Source: Candidatus Latescibacterota bacterium
Lineage (GTDB): Bacteria > Latescibacterota > UBA2968
DNA: 64,000 nt
NCBI GenBank assembly: GCA_965205975.1
Contig: OZ242195.1
Location: 3,776,001-3,840,000, forward strand
Direction: 5' to 3'
Every line of letters begins with the position of its first letter. Position 1 is the first letter of the stretch. Position numbers and translations under genes: made by a program. The notes under the pieces are model-generated. The model searched no databases and was not told the DNA's origin. It saw only the letters and a program-made list of their open reading frames with translations. This document shows, in pieces, positions 32,459 to 42,952 of the stretch.

Positions 32459-32497
32459 CGCCGAACAGTTGGGTTTGTCAATTTTCTCATAACTAAG

Positions 32498-32527
32498 AAA
32501 GGCCCCTGAAAACAGGGGCCTTTTTTT
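32498..32527. terminator. Intrinsic terminator
   Basis: AAAGGCCCCTG AAAA CAGGGGCCTTTTTTT. Confidence 0.85.
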
Positions 32528-32560
32528 ATCTTACTTCTCGCGTCTTTCGTCTCACTGCAT

Positions 32561-33412
32561 TTAAGTCACTTCCAGCAGTGGCTCGAGCCGCGAGCGACGA
32601 CGCGGATGGCGCAATCTGCGAAGTGCTTTCTCCTTAATTTGCCGAACGCGCTCTCGGGTCAAATTGAACCGAACGCCGATCTCTTCAAGCGTAAGCGGCT
32701 CTTCACCGCCCAGACCAAAATACAGGCGCAAAACCTCAGTCTCGCGGTCATCCAGAGATGTGAGCACATCTTTTACCTGTTCGCGCACCGAATCTTCTAC
32801 AACCTCCTCATCGGGTGCCTTTTGCGTCTTGTCCGGCAACACATGCAGCAAACTGTGGTCATCCTCCTCGCGGAAAGACGCATCCAGAGACCAGACATCG
32901 CGCGCGCGCATCAACGTATCCTGAACCATCTCTACCGACACGCCGAGTTCTTTTGCCACAGTCTCGGGTTCGGGTTCGGTCTCGCTTGATTGCCTCAGTT
33001 CGCGCGACACCTTTGAAATATTGTGCAACAAATCAATGCGGTTAATAGGCAACCGCACAACCCGCGAATCCTGTGCCAGACTCTGGTGAATTGCCTGACG
33101 GATCCACCAGACAGCATAGGAAATAAACTTAAAGCCCCGCGTGCCATCAAAGCGCTCGGCAGCCGTCATCAGGCCCATATTGCCCGCGCTGATCAAATCG
33201 GCCAGAGGCACCCCGTGATTTTGATATTCGCGCGCCACACTCACCACAAAACGGAGATTGGCGGAAACCAGTTTATCTCTGGATCTCTGGCAACCTTTAT
33301 GAATCTTTTTTGCCAGTTCAATCTCTTCCGCACTCGAAAGGGGTTCAGACGTGGCAATGTCTCGCAGATACAAATCCAGAGACTCACTATCTTGAATCAT
33401 AATTCCAGGCAA
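32561..33412 (-). CDS. RpoD/SigA-family sigma-70 factor, short form lacking region 1.1
   Basis: YLRDI, NLRFVVSVA, FISYAVWWIRQ, TRERVRQI; AGGAGG RBS with TTG start. Confidence 0.93.
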   Translation of the reverse strand: MPGIMIQDSESLDLYLRDIATSEPLSSAEEIELAKKIHKGCQRSRDKLVSANLRFVVSVAREYQNHGVPLADLISAGNMGLMTAAERFDGTRGFKFISYAVWWIRQAIHQSLAQDSRVVRLPINRIDLLHNISKVSRELRQSSETEPEPETVAKELGVSVEMVQDTLMRARDVWSLDASFREEDDHSLLHVLPDKTQKAPDEEVVEDSVREQVKDVLTSLDDRETEVLRLYFGLGGEEPLTLEEIGVRFNLTRERVRQIKEKALRRLRHPRRRSRLEPLLEVT

Positions 33413-33444
33413 GGGGAACCTCCTGTAAAAGATGGGGAGAACTA

Positions 33445-33957
33445 CTATAAAACAGAATGGGGTGCCGACATTTTGCGAATTTGCGCCAGGTGTTTCGTCA
33501 TAAACTGATACATACTCATCGATGTGTCGCAGGCCATCAAACCCGCTCGCACATCTGAATTTTTAAACAACAGTGCCAAATTGCTCAAAACCGACAGATA
33601 AGGCACAGGAGCCGCATCGGGTACTGCAACCATGCATATCACATGAACGGATTCTGCATCTGGGGGAAAAGCAATACCCGTCTGAGAAATGCCCAACGCC
33701 ACACCGGGCTGAGCAACCGAGCGGCATCGCGCGTGGGGCAGTGCAACACCTCGGCCCAAAACAGTACTCATCTGATCTTCTCGATCCAGAATAGTTTGCA
33801 AAAACTTCAGACTATCGACCACCTTCCTGCGCCCATAGAGCCGATCTACCAACTCTTTGATCGCCCCCAGGCGATCTTGTGATTGCAACTCGGGTACAAG
33901 AAGCGAAACATCAAAATGAAAAACGTCTTCTTCAGGTAAAATAGTTGTTTGAGTCAC
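33445..33957 (-). CDS. PTS IIA-domain protein (PtsN/fructose type)
   Basis: RE..MST..G.GVALPHAR with phospho-acceptor His. Confidence 0.88.
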   Translation of the reverse strand: MTQTTILPEEDVFHFDVSLLVPELQSQDRLGAIKELVDRLYGRRKVVDSLKFLQTILDREDQMSTVLGRGVALPHARCRSVAQPGVALGISQTGIAFPPDAESVHVICMVAVPDAAPVPYLSVLSNLALLFKNSDVRAGLMACDTSMSMYQFMTKHLAQIRKMSAPHSVL

Positions 33958-34106
33958 CAGATCCCCACACTCGACAAAAATGCAAAATTTGCACCTTCAA
34001 ACTATAAGACATGTATTAAAAATGGAGAACAACACATTAACATCAATAAAAACAAAAAGTTAATCTCCAACATCAAAAATCCGCGATAAACGCGCCCTGA
34101 TATAAC

Positions 34107-34123
34107 AGCAATATCCGTGCCAA
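34107..34123 (-). promoter_or_regulatory. Sigma-54 -24/-12 promoter
   Basis: Minus strand TTGGCACGGATATTGCT matches TGGCAC-N5-TTGCW. Confidence 0.9.
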
Positions 34124-34210
34124 AAAATTTCCTATACACATAACTTACTGTTTATATTGAATAAAAATCAGAAAATCCGATCTGCATACTCTTTTTCATC
34201 TCACGTAGCA

Positions 34211-34254
34211 TGCAAAAATTGCACCGCATATATAACCAAAATGCAAAAATTGCG
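34211..34254. promoter_or_regulatory. Putative bEBP enhancer boxes
   Basis: TGCAAAAATTGCA (34211) and TGCAAAAATTGCG (34242), 31 bp apart, about 90-130 bp upstream of the sigma-54 promoter. Confidence 0.65.
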
Positions 34255-34264
34255 CTTTGGGAAA

Positions 34265-35623
34265 TTAGCGCAAATTATACGCCTTGATCTTGTATTGCAA
34301 CGCGCGAACACTGATTCCCAGCAAAGCTGCGGCCTTTTTGCGATTTGCCGTCACATGTGCAAGTGTTTTTTCTATAAGCGCGCGCTCTACGTCTTCAAGC
34401 GACGAACCGAGTTCGACCATTATAGTATCAGTCGCATTCTGGGCATCGCGCACTCGAGAGGGCAAATGATCGACATTGACCTTTTGATCTGCACAGGTTA
34501 CCACAATACGCTCAATAGTATTTTTTAACTCGCGCACATTGCCGGGCCATAAATAGGCCAGAACCCTATCCATCGCATCGGGAGTTAATTCCTTGCGCGG
34601 TTTGTGGTGCAACACACACAAATTATCAAAAAACACATCGATCAAAAGCGGAATATCTTCGACGCGCTCGCGAAGCGGTGGCAGGCGAATGGGCACCACA
34701 TTGATGCGATAATACAAATCTTCTCTAAATCGCCCTTCTGCCACTTCTCGCTCGAGATCGCGGTTGGTGACAAAAATGGTTCGCACATCTGCGGCCACCG
34801 CTTTGGTACTGCCCACCGGTCGATAGGCTCTTTCTTCTAATACCCGAAGCAAATCGACTTGATTGGGCAATGGGATTTCACCCACTTCATCAAAAAATAG
34901 CGTCCCGCCTTCAGCCGCGGCAAAAAACCCCGCCTTATCCGCTGTCGCCCCCGTAAACGCCCCTTTTACATAACCGAACAACTCACTGCCAAATAACGTC
35001 TCGGCAAACGCCCCGCAGTTCATCGCCAACAGGGGCGCATTCCGCCGCGCACTCGCCTGATGAATCGCACGCGCCACGAGTTCTTTTCCCGTACCCGTTT
35101 CTCCAGTAATCAAAACCGGCACATCGGTCATTGCCGCCTGCGCTACAGTATCACAAACGTGTTCCATCGCAGCACTTCGATGCACAATATCTCCATTTTC
35201 CCCATTGGAATCCAGACGCGCCCGCAATACGCGGTTCTCCGCCACCAGTGCCTGGTGATCGAGCAAACGCTCTAAGGACAGGCGCAATCGCTTCAGATCT
35301 ACCGGCTTGGTCAAATAATCATAAGCCCCTCGTCGCATGGCTTCAACAGCCGTCTCCACCTCTCCATAAGCCGTAATCACAATAACGCCAATTTCGCGAT
35401 TTGAACCGCGCACCCACTTCAAAAGTGCCAGCCCATCCCGACCCGGCATCTTGAGATCAAAAATCGCGGCATCATACTCCTGGGCTTCCATAAGCGCCTT
35501 TGCCTGGTTTCCATCATAAGCCACATCAACCCGATAACCGTCTTTGGTCATCGCCTCTCGCAGACCCTCGCAGATATAGTACTCATCATCTGCAATTAAA
35601 ATCCGAATCTCACTCGCATCCAT
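34265..35623 (-). CDS. Sigma-54-dependent response regulator (NtrC/AtoC family)
   Basis: REC (ADDE, DLKMP, KP); GETGTGKE, GAFTGA, WPGNVREL; Fis HTH. Confidence 0.95.
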   Translation of the reverse strand: MDASEIRILIADDEYYICEGLREAMTKDGYRVDVAYDGNQAKALMEAQEYDAAIFDLKMPGRDGLALLKWVRGSNREIGVIVITAYGEVETAVEAMRRGAYDYLTKPVDLKRLRLSLERLLDHQALVAENRVLRARLDSNGENGDIVHRSAAMEHVCDTVAQAAMTDVPVLITGETGTGKELVARAIHQASARRNAPLLAMNCGAFAETLFGSELFGYVKGAFTGATADKAGFFAAAEGGTLFFDEVGEIPLPNQVDLLRVLEERAYRPVGSTKAVAADVRTIFVTNRDLEREVAEGRFREDLYYRINVVPIRLPPLRERVEDIPLLIDVFFDNLCVLHHKPRKELTPDAMDRVLAYLWPGNVRELKNTIERIVVTCADQKVNVDHLPSRVRDAQNATDTIMVELGSSLEDVERALIEKTLAHVTANRKKAAALLGISVRALQYKIKAYNLR

Positions 35624-35646
35624 AAGTTACCTCTGTCTGTAGCAAA

Positions 35647-35715
35647 GTCGGGAAAAGGATCTCCCTCCTACGATACGCCTGCTGTTGGAGCGGCATCCCT
35701 GCCGCGATTGCCTCA
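35647..35715. repeat. Pair of REP-like palindromes (different class)
   Basis: GTCGGGAAAAGGATCTCCCTCCTAC and GTTGGAGCGGCATCCCTGCCGCGAT. Confidence 0.5.
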
Positions 35716-35717
35716 AA

Positions 35718-36773
35718 TTATTGTCTCTCAGGCACGGGCAAATACACCCGGAAGGTCGTTCCTCTTTCGGGAAGACTCTCGACGTCAATATGCCCTCCGT
35801 GCTGATAAATAATGCGCTGGGCAATAGACAGCCCCAACCCGGTACCTTCATCTTTCGTCGTATAATAAAACTCGAAAATGCGATCCACTTCTTCTTCTGG
35901 AATCCCGCATCCCGTATCTGTAAGCATCAAACACACCTGCCCGGACTCGGTTTGTGTTCGGGCAACCAAATCCCCACCAGCGGCCATAGACTGAAAGGCA
36001 TTCACCACAATATTGAGCACAGCTTGACCGAGTTGGTCTTCATCTCCATTGATCGCGGGCAGATCGTCGGAAAGTTCCAGACGCAACACAATGCCGCGCT
36101 CGCGTGCTTCGGGCGAGACCAGCTCAAAAACGCGGCGAACCACATCGTTGAGAAACACTTGTCGCAAATGAAGTTTGGGCGTACGCGAAAAACGCAAAAA
36201 ATTATACACAAGGCGGTCGAGCCGTTTCATCTCTGTCTGCGCGATATTGAGCCGCCCCACAAGGCGTTCTTTTAACGCACTTGACAACGCGTCGAGATCT
36301 TCCTCCAACAATTGCAATTGAATATCAATCGCCCCCAGGGGATTGCGCACTTCATGGGCAACAGAAGCGGCCAAACGCCCCAACGCCGTCATCTTTTCAA
36401 CTTGAAAGATCTCCCACTCCATCCGCTTTATCTCAGACACATCGCGCACTGCCAGCACCAGCCCAGACCGCGTATCTGCATCTAAAAACGACGTACTCAC
36501 GCGCAGATGTTGCAATCCACCATCGGCATTGTGATGTACCAGATCCGTATCTGACACCAGTGCTTTTTTCTTCATACCCTCGTTCAAAATCCGCAACAAC
36601 TCGGGGCGTTGGGCAAATAGCACCTCTGGCGATGCGCCACAAACTGCCTGTTTGTCCCACCCCATCAACGCAATCAGATGAGCATTGGCCATCACGGCCC
36701 GATGTGTTTTATCAAAAGCCACAATGCCCTCTCCCAGCCCCTCCAGAATTGAAGCACTATAATCCGTAGCCAT
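35718..36773 (-). CDS. Cytoplasmic PAS histidine kinase (NtrB/AtoS-like)
   Basis: AHEVRNPL H-box, NAFQ, DTGCGI, GTGLGL; no TM segment. Confidence 0.93.
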   Translation of the reverse strand: MATDYSASILEGLGEGIVAFDKTHRAVMANAHLIALMGWDKQAVCGASPEVLFAQRPELLRILNEGMKKKALVSDTDLVHHNADGGLQHLRVSTSFLDADTRSGLVLAVRDVSEIKRMEWEIFQVEKMTALGRLAASVAHEVRNPLGAIDIQLQLLEEDLDALSSALKERLVGRLNIAQTEMKRLDRLVYNFLRFSRTPKLHLRQVFLNDVVRRVFELVSPEARERGIVLRLELSDDLPAINGDEDQLGQAVLNIVVNAFQSMAAGGDLVARTQTESGQVCLMLTDTGCGIPEEEVDRIFEFYYTTKDEGTGLGLSIAQRIIYQHGGHIDVESLPERGTTFRVYLPVPERQ

Positions 36774-36925
36774 GCGCATTCTCCCGATACAAACATAAAA
36801 GCCATTTAACATTAATTTTCCATATTTCTACCCAAAGCGCAAGCCCAAATATCTTGACACTTATACATTTGGTGTGATATTATTAGCCTCTCGTAGCGTC
36901 GTAGCCATTTCCAAAGGATTGCCCA

Positions 36926-39589
36926 TTGAATAAAGAAATCGTCAATACCCTCCCTCGCGGTCTTCTCAACGCAAAAAAAACATCAGACGCCTGGCCCACC
37001 GAACGCCTATCGTACTTGCGAACCTATCTCGACACCACCTGGGAAACTATTCATACACAACACCGGGACGGTGCATTGGGCAGTACTATAGTTGCAGCAC
37101 TCACACAGCGCGTCGATACACTCATCCAGGCACTGTATGCCGAAGCAGTTGAAGAACACGGAGAACCAACCGGATTTGCCGTAATCGCACAGGGGGGGTA
37201 TGGCCGGGGCGCGCTCAATCCCCACTCGGATATCGACCTGTTATTTCTCTTTCGCAAAAAAGTCCATGAAGGCGACCCCATAACGCGCGCGATTCTCCAC
37301 ACCCTGTGGGATCTGCGATTTGACGTGGGATACGGTACGCGCACCCTTTCCGATTGCATCACTGCAGCGCAAGACGACGCCGATTCCATGACCGCAATGC
37401 TCGAAACGCGCCATCTCGTGGGTGATCCCACCCTGAAGGCCCAACTGCAAGACGCCCTTGCGCGGCGGTTCTTTGGCCGGCGTGCGAGCGGTTTTATCAA
37501 CAAAAAAACTCAGGAACGCATCCAACGACACAGCAAATTCAAATTTTCAACCCAACTCCTCGAACCCAATATCAAAGAAAGCCCTGGGGGATTGCGAGAT
37601 ATTCACACAGCCGGCTGGTTCTTAATGGCACGCCGCGGTATTCGCGCGCCCGAAGGCTTGCAAGAAAGCCATATACTCACCCGCAGAAATTACGAGATCT
37701 ATGTCAAAGCCTTTGACTTCATGCTGCGCACGCGCAACGAATTGCACTTTCACACGGGCAAATACTTTGACGTACTCGAGCACGACCTTCAACTCATTAT
37801 CGCCAAAAATTTGGGCTACCGGGACCGCGACAATGAACTGGGCGTTGAACACTTTATGCGAGACTACTACACCCATGCGCGTGCAATCAAACACCTCAGC
37901 GACCTGATATGTGAACGCCTCAAAGGCCAATCTTCCACCGGTCGGGCTGTGGGATTGCTCACGCGCCGTCAACTCGATGACGGCTCCGTACTACACCACA
38001 CGCACATTGCCCTGCCCCAAAAGCGACGCCATTTTTTTGACAACACGCCCCATCGCCTCCTCTCCCTTTTCCACAATTCACAGCGATTCGGTGTTCCCCT
38101 CAATGAAGCGGCCAAACAGGGAATAAAAGACCACATCCATCTCATCGACGACACCTTCAGGTCTTCTGAGCGCGTCAGTCGCATCTTTCTCGACCTCTTC
38201 CGCGCACCCGTCGGCATTGGCACCACCCTTCGCACCATGCACGAACTCGACGTTTTGGGCACTTACGTACCCGAATTCGGCAGCCTGACCTGCCTGGTAC
38301 AATACAATCGCTATCACATATACACAGCAGACGAACACACCCTGGTCGCTGTAGAGCGTCTCGATTACCTCGCGCGATCTCCTTCCTTACCCCATGATTT
38401 GCAGCACCTCAGACGCGTGTACAATGAAATCCCGAGAAAAGAGCTTCTCTATCTCGCGCTGATGATGCACGACGTGGGAAAATCTGTTCGCGACAAAGAT
38501 CACAGCATTGTCGGCGCAGAAATGACACGGGACTTTCTCAAACGCCTTCAATTGCCCGATGACCAGATAGAAACCGTTGTTTTTCTCGTGCGACACCATC
38601 TTGCAATGTCCGCCATTGCCCAGCGCCGCGACCTGTCAGATCAGCGCATGATCGCCGAATTTGCCAGCACATTTTCACACCCCGATGTCTTGCGTATGCT
38701 CTATGTACTCACTTATGCCGACCTGTCTGCCGTCACACAAACTGCGTGGACCGCCTGGAAAGGCCACCTCTTGCGCGAACTCTACGAAAACACCTTTTAT
38801 CTCCTCACGCAAAGCACCCAACCCAATCGCGAGCAACCCGAACTACAAGACATTCAAAAAATCCTCACTGCCCTGAAGTCGCGCATTCCATATCAGACCC
38901 TTGTTGAACATCTCAACAACATGCCCCCGCGCTATCCCGAGCAAAACAGCCCAGAAGAAATTGCACAACACCTGCAACTCATCGACGCAATGGGATCCTC
39001 GCTGGTCGCCGTTAGCGTACAACCCGGCGGACTCTTTCTGGAAATCACCATCTGTACGCACGACCAGCCCTTTCGCCTATCTGAAATTTGTGGTGTGCTG
39101 GCAACCCACGACATCAACATCTTCAGCGCACACGCCTACACGCGCAACGACGGCACAGTCATCGACATTTTCCAGGTAACTTCCGACGCGGAAAACAACG
39201 CCACATTACGAGAAAAAATTCAACAAACCCTGACCGATGTCTTTCAACAAAAAGAGCGCGTCTCAGACCTATTCGCCAATTACAGTCAAAGGTGGTCCCT
39301 GAAGCGTCAGCCCACAACACCCATATCCCCTAAAATCACATTCGACAACAATGTTTCTATGCGCTCTACCGTCATCGATATCACTGCACGAGATGCAACG
39401 GGCCTCCTGTACCGCATCACGCGCACATTATCAGACCTCGGCCTCGACATCTACACCGCCCGCATTGGCACACAGGCAGACCGCGCTGTCGATGCCTTTT
39501 ACGTGCGTAAAAATGGCGATAAAATCACAGACCTCGCACAGCTCGAATACATCACCCGCGAACTCACGCACGCGATTGAAAACCCGTAA
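36926..39589 (+). CDS. glnD: [Protein-PII] uridylyltransferase
   Basis: GGYGR..L.PHSDIDL, KESPGGLRD, HIYTADEH, HDVGK, two ACT domains. Confidence 0.96.
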   Translation: MNKEIVNTLPRGLLNAKKTSDAWPTERLSYLRTYLDTTWETIHTQHRDGALGSTIVAALTQRVDTLIQALYAEAVEEHGEPTGFAVIAQGGYGRGALNPHSDIDLLFLFRKKVHEGDPITRAILHTLWDLRFDVGYGTRTLSDCITAAQDDADSMTAMLETRHLVGDPTLKAQLQDALARRFFGRRASGFINKKTQERIQRHSKFKFSTQLLEPNIKESPGGLRDIHTAGWFLMARRGIRAPEGLQESHILTRRNYEIYVKAFDFMLRTRNELHFHTGKYFDVLEHDLQLIIAKNLGYRDRDNELGVEHFMRDYYTHARAIKHLSDLICERLKGQSSTGRAVGLLTRRQLDDGSVLHHTHIALPQKRRHFFDNTPHRLLSLFHNSQRFGVPLNEAAKQGIKDHIHLIDDTFRSSERVSRIFLDLFRAPVGIGTTLRTMHELDVLGTYVPEFGSLTCLVQYNRYHIYTADEHTLVAVERLDYLARSPSLPHDLQHLRRVYNEIPRKELLYLALMMHDVGKSVRDKDHSIVGAEMTRDFLKRLQLPDDQIETVVFLVRHHLAMSAIAQRRDLSDQRMIAEFASTFSHPDVLRMLYVLTYADLSAVTQTAWTAWKGHLLRELYENTFYLLTQSTQPNREQPELQDIQKILTALKSRIPYQTLVEHLNNMPPRYPEQNSPEEIAQHLQLIDAMGSSLVAVSVQPGGLFLEITICTHDQPFRLSEICGVLATHDINIFSAHAYTRNDGTVIDIFQVTSDAENNATLREKIQQTLTDVFQQKERVSDLFANYSQRWSLKRQPTTPISPKITFDNNVSMRSTVIDITARDATGLLYRITRTLSDLGLDIYTARIGTQADRAVDAFYVRKNGDKITDLAQLEYITRELTHAIENP

Positions 39590-39592
39590 AAG

Positions 39593-39745
39593 CACGAATA
39601 GACGAATAGACGAACCCCGCCCAACCACCCAACGGGCGGGCACAGGGGCACCGCCCCTACATTGATGAACTGTCCCGAACCAGTTGTACCCCATTCCGTT
39701 GATTCGTTGATGAACTGACCTGAGAGGCGGTCAGTTGTACACCGT
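39593..39745. repeat. Mosaic intergenic repeat
   Basis: ACGAATAG octamers, REP 39634-39660, TTGATTCG unit, two TTGATGAACTG..CAGTTGTAC hairpins. Confidence 0.75.
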
Positions 39746-39772
39746 CCCGCTGATTCGCGTTTCTTCTTTTCC

Positions 39773-39801
39773 TTGACAAGCCACATTGTTTGTTTTACGT
39801 T
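39773..39801 (+). promoter_or_regulatory. Putative rho promoter
   Basis: TTGACA-N17-TACGTT. Confidence 0.5.
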
Positions 39802-39995
39802 TAGGTCAACTTCAAAATGCATTCCCTCGCACTAATGCCCTGCATCCTACCCCACAATCTTCCAAAGCACTGTTCTCCGTAGGCTTCGCAGTACCCCAAT
39901 GATTTCGCACAACGTCTGTTTTATATCCCCCATAGCATGGTGTCGCTCGGGCATACATTATTTCTCCCCTTCCAACCCATCAGGAACCTCAAAAA

Positions 39996-41279
39996 ATGGC
40001 AGTGACCGAAGAAAAATTGAACATGTTTGAGTTGCAGGAATGCAGCATACCCGAACTCAACAAACACGCGCAGGCTCTAAATATTCAAGGCTACAGCAGC
40101 CTGCGAAGACAAGAACTTATCTTTGCTATTCTCCAGAGCCAAACCGCAAAAAGCGGGCGTATCTTCGCCCAGGGTGTACTCGACATACTCGAAGATGGAT
40201 TTGGCTTCCTCAGATCGCCAAAGTACAATTATTTGCCCGGTCCCGACGACATTTATGTGGGACACTCGCAAATCAAACGCTTCAATCTGCGAACTGGAGA
40301 CACCATATCGGGGCATATTCGCCCACCGAGAGGTGACGAAAAATACTTTGCACTCATTCGCGTTGAGGCCGTCAATTTTGAAGATCCGGAAGTCGCGAAA
40401 CAAAAAATACTATTTGACAACCTCACGCCACTGCACCCGGACGAACGCATCGACCTCGAGTACGATCCGCAGGACCTTTCCACTCGGATCATGAATCTCC
40501 TCACCCCAATAGGCAAAGGGCAACGCGGCATGATTGTCGCACCCCCGTTTACGGGCAAAACCATGCTCTTGCAAAAAATTGCCAACGCCATTACCAAAAA
40601 CCATCCCGAAATCACGCTTATTGTCCTCCTCATTGACGAGCGCCCCGAAGAAGTCACAGACATGATCCGTTCGGTCGAAGGCGAAGTCGTCAGTTCGACC
40701 TTTGACGAACCCCCGACCCGACATGTACAGGTCGCCGACATGGTCATAGAAAAAGCCAAGCGATTGGTCGAACACCAGCAGGACGTAGTCATCTTACTCG
40801 ACAGCATTACCCGCCTGGCTCGCGCCTATAACACCGTTGCCCCACACAGTGGGCGCATTCTCACGGGGGGTCTCGATTCTACTGCCATGCAGTGGCCCAA
40901 GCGATTTTTTGGCGCAGCGCGCAACATCGAAGAAGGCGGCAGCCTGACCATTCTGGCAACTGCTCTTGTCGAAACTGGAAGCCGTATGGATGAAGTCATC
41001 TTCGAAGAATTTAAAGGCACGGGCAACATGGAACTCAAGCTGGACCGTCGGCTCTCCAATCGCCGCATCTTTCCCGCCATTGACGTATCCATGTCCAGCA
41101 CGCGCAAAGAAGAACTCCTGCTCAAAGAAAAAGAACTCAACCGCGTTTGGATCTTGCGAAAACTACTCAATCAAATGCAACCTCTGGAAGCGATGGAATT
41201 TTTCACAGAACGCACCAAAGAAAACAAAACCAACGAAGACTTCCTCAATGCCATGAGTGAACCGATTCACGCCTTTTAA
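39996..41279 (+). CDS. rho: Transcription termination factor Rho
   Basis: [42 protein letters not shown]. Confidence 0.99.
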   Translation: MAVTEEKLNMFELQECSIPELNKHAQALNIQGYSSLRRQELIFAILQSQTAKSGRIFAQGVLDILEDGFGFLRSPKYNYLPGPDDIYVGHSQIKRFNLRTGDTISGHIRPPRGDEKYFALIRVEAVNFEDPEVAKQKILFDNLTPLHPDERIDLEYDPQDLSTRIMNLLTPIGKGQRGMIVAPPFTGKTMLLQKIANAITKNHPEITLIVLLIDERPEEVTDMIRSVEGEVVSSTFDEPPTRHVQVADMVIEKAKRLVEHQQDVVILLDSITRLARAYNTVAPHSGRILTGGLDSTAMQWPKRFFGAARNIEEGGSLTILATALVETGSRMDEVIFEEFKGTGNMELKLDRRLSNRRIFPAIDVSMSSTRKEELLLKEKELNRVWILRKLLNQMQPLEAMEFFTERTKENKTNEDFLNAMSEPIHAF

Positions 41280-41394
41280 GAAGTCTGCGACTTGATTATT
41301 TTTAGGCATTTTGGTATATTCTGTCTCCCGCGGATATTCCGCAGCCCATTTTCTCAATCAACATACTGAAATTGAAACACTTGAGGATAATCAC

Positions 41395-41688
41395 ATGAAA
41401 CCTGATATTCATCCAGAATACCGCGACGTAATCTTTGAAGACGTCAGTGCCACCCCACCATTTCGGGTCAAAACGCGTTCGACGCGGACCTCTGAAGAAA
41501 CCGTCGAATGGGAAGACGGCAACACCTATCCACTGATCAAAGTTGAAATCAGTTCCGCTACCCATCCGTTCTTCACGGGTAAGATGATGCTGGTTGACAC
41601 CGCCGGTATGGTCGAGCGCTATCGCCGCCGGTATGGTATTGAAGGCCAGGAAGAAGAAAAAGAAGAAGAAGAAAAAACCGACAGTTAG
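41395..41688 (+). CDS. rpmE: 50S ribosomal protein L31, type B (no zinc motif)
   Basis: [21 protein letters not shown]; no CxC motifs. Confidence 0.95.
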   Translation: MKPDIHPEYRDVIFEDVSATPPFRVKTRSTRTSEETVEWEDGNTYPLIKVEISSATHPFFTGKMMLVDTAGMVERYRRRYGIEGQEEEKEEEEKTDS

Positions 41689-41707
41689 CAACGCGATCCA
41701 CATATAG

Positions 41708-41749
41708 AAGGGCGAAACGGCCGCATGCCGCGACTGTTTCGCCCTTTTT
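41708..41749 (+). terminator. Terminator-like hairpin after rpmE
   Basis: AAGGGCGAAACGG...CTGTTTCGCCCTTTTT. Confidence 0.75.
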
Positions 41750-41775
41750 GTATGATAAAAACCGAAAGAACCACC

Positions 41776-42843
41776 ATGTTTGAACAACTCAAAACCATTG
41801 AAACCCGCTATTTCAAACTCGGCGAAGAAATGGCCAGACCCGAAGTCGCCTCAGACCCCAACCGCATTCGCAAACTCGGCAAAGAATATCGCGACCTCGA
41901 AGAAATCGTCACAGCTTATCGCGACTACAACAAAGTGTGCGAAGACCTCGCCGAAGTAAATGACATCATCAGCACATCAGATGACGCCGAGCTTGTCGAT
42001 ATGGCGCAGATGGAAAAAGAAGACCTCGCCCTGCGCGAATCAGACCTGTCCAACAAGCTCAAAATGCTCTTAATCCCCAAAGACCCCAACGACAGTAAAG
42101 ACACCGTCGTCGAAATACGCGCAGGTGCGGGCGGAGACGAAGCCGCCCTCTTTGCCGCCGACCTCCACCGCATGTACTCGCGCTATGCGGAAAACACGGG
42201 TGGCCGCTGTGAAATCCTCAGTTCAAATCCCACGGGAATTGGTGGATACAAAGAGATCATCTTCTTAGTCGTTGGCAACGGCATCTACGGTAGGCTAAAA
42301 TACGAAAGCGGTGTACACCGGGTCCAGCGCATTCCCGAAACCGAATCCAGTGGCCGCATCCATACCTCAACAGCCACGGTAGCCGTTCTTCCCGACGCAG
42401 AAGATGTCGATATCGACATCGATCTCAACGACCTCAAAATTGATGTCTTTCGCTCCTCGGGTCCCGGCGGTCAAAGCGTCAACACCACCGACTCGGCAGT
42501 GCGCATCACCCACATGCCATCGGGTCTTGTCGTTACGTGTCAAGACGAAAAATCCCAGCACAAAAACAGAGCCAAAGCACTCAAAGTCTTGCGCTCGCGC
42601 CTGCTCGACCAGGCCATCCGCGAACAACAGGCAAAAACCGCCGCCGACCGCCGCTCACAAATTGGCAGCGGCGACCGAAGCGCGAAAATTCGCACCTACA
42701 ATTTCCCACAGGGGCGCGTAACCGACCACCGCATCAAACTCACCCTGCACAGACTTGAAGACATTCTGGACGGCAACATCGCAGAACTCATCGAAGCCCT
42801 TCGCCTCTCTGACCAAACGGAAAAACTCAAACAACAGGAATAG
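41776..42843 (+). CDS. prfA: Peptide chain release factor 1
   Basis: HRVQRIPET (PxT), [17 protein letters not shown]. Confidence 0.98.
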   Translation: MFEQLKTIETRYFKLGEEMARPEVASDPNRIRKLGKEYRDLEEIVTAYRDYNKVCEDLAEVNDIISTSDDAELVDMAQMEKEDLALRESDLSNKLKMLLIPKDPNDSKDTVVEIRAGAGGDEAALFAADLHRMYSRYAENTGGRCEILSSNPTGIGGYKEIIFLVVGNGIYGRLKYESGVHRVQRIPETESSGRIHTSTATVAVLPDAEDVDIDIDLNDLKIDVFRSSGPGGQSVNTTDSAVRITHMPSGLVVTCQDEKSQHKNRAKALKVLRSRLLDQAIREQQAKTAADRRSQIGSGDRSAKIRTYNFPQGRVTDHRIKLTLHRLEDILDGNIAELIEALRLSDQTEKLKQQE

Positions 42844-42947
42844 ACGAGAAAAGCGCGAATAGACGAATAGACGAACCCCGCCCCACCACCCAAAGTTGCC
42901 ACAAACTCCGTCGTTGATTCGTTGATTCGTTGATTCGTTGATTCGTA
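42838..42947. repeat. Opposed octamer arrays (GAATAGAC)n ... (TTGATTCG)x4
   Basis: Fill the prfA-prmC spacer. Confidence 0.9.
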
Positions 42948-42952
42948 CTCCT

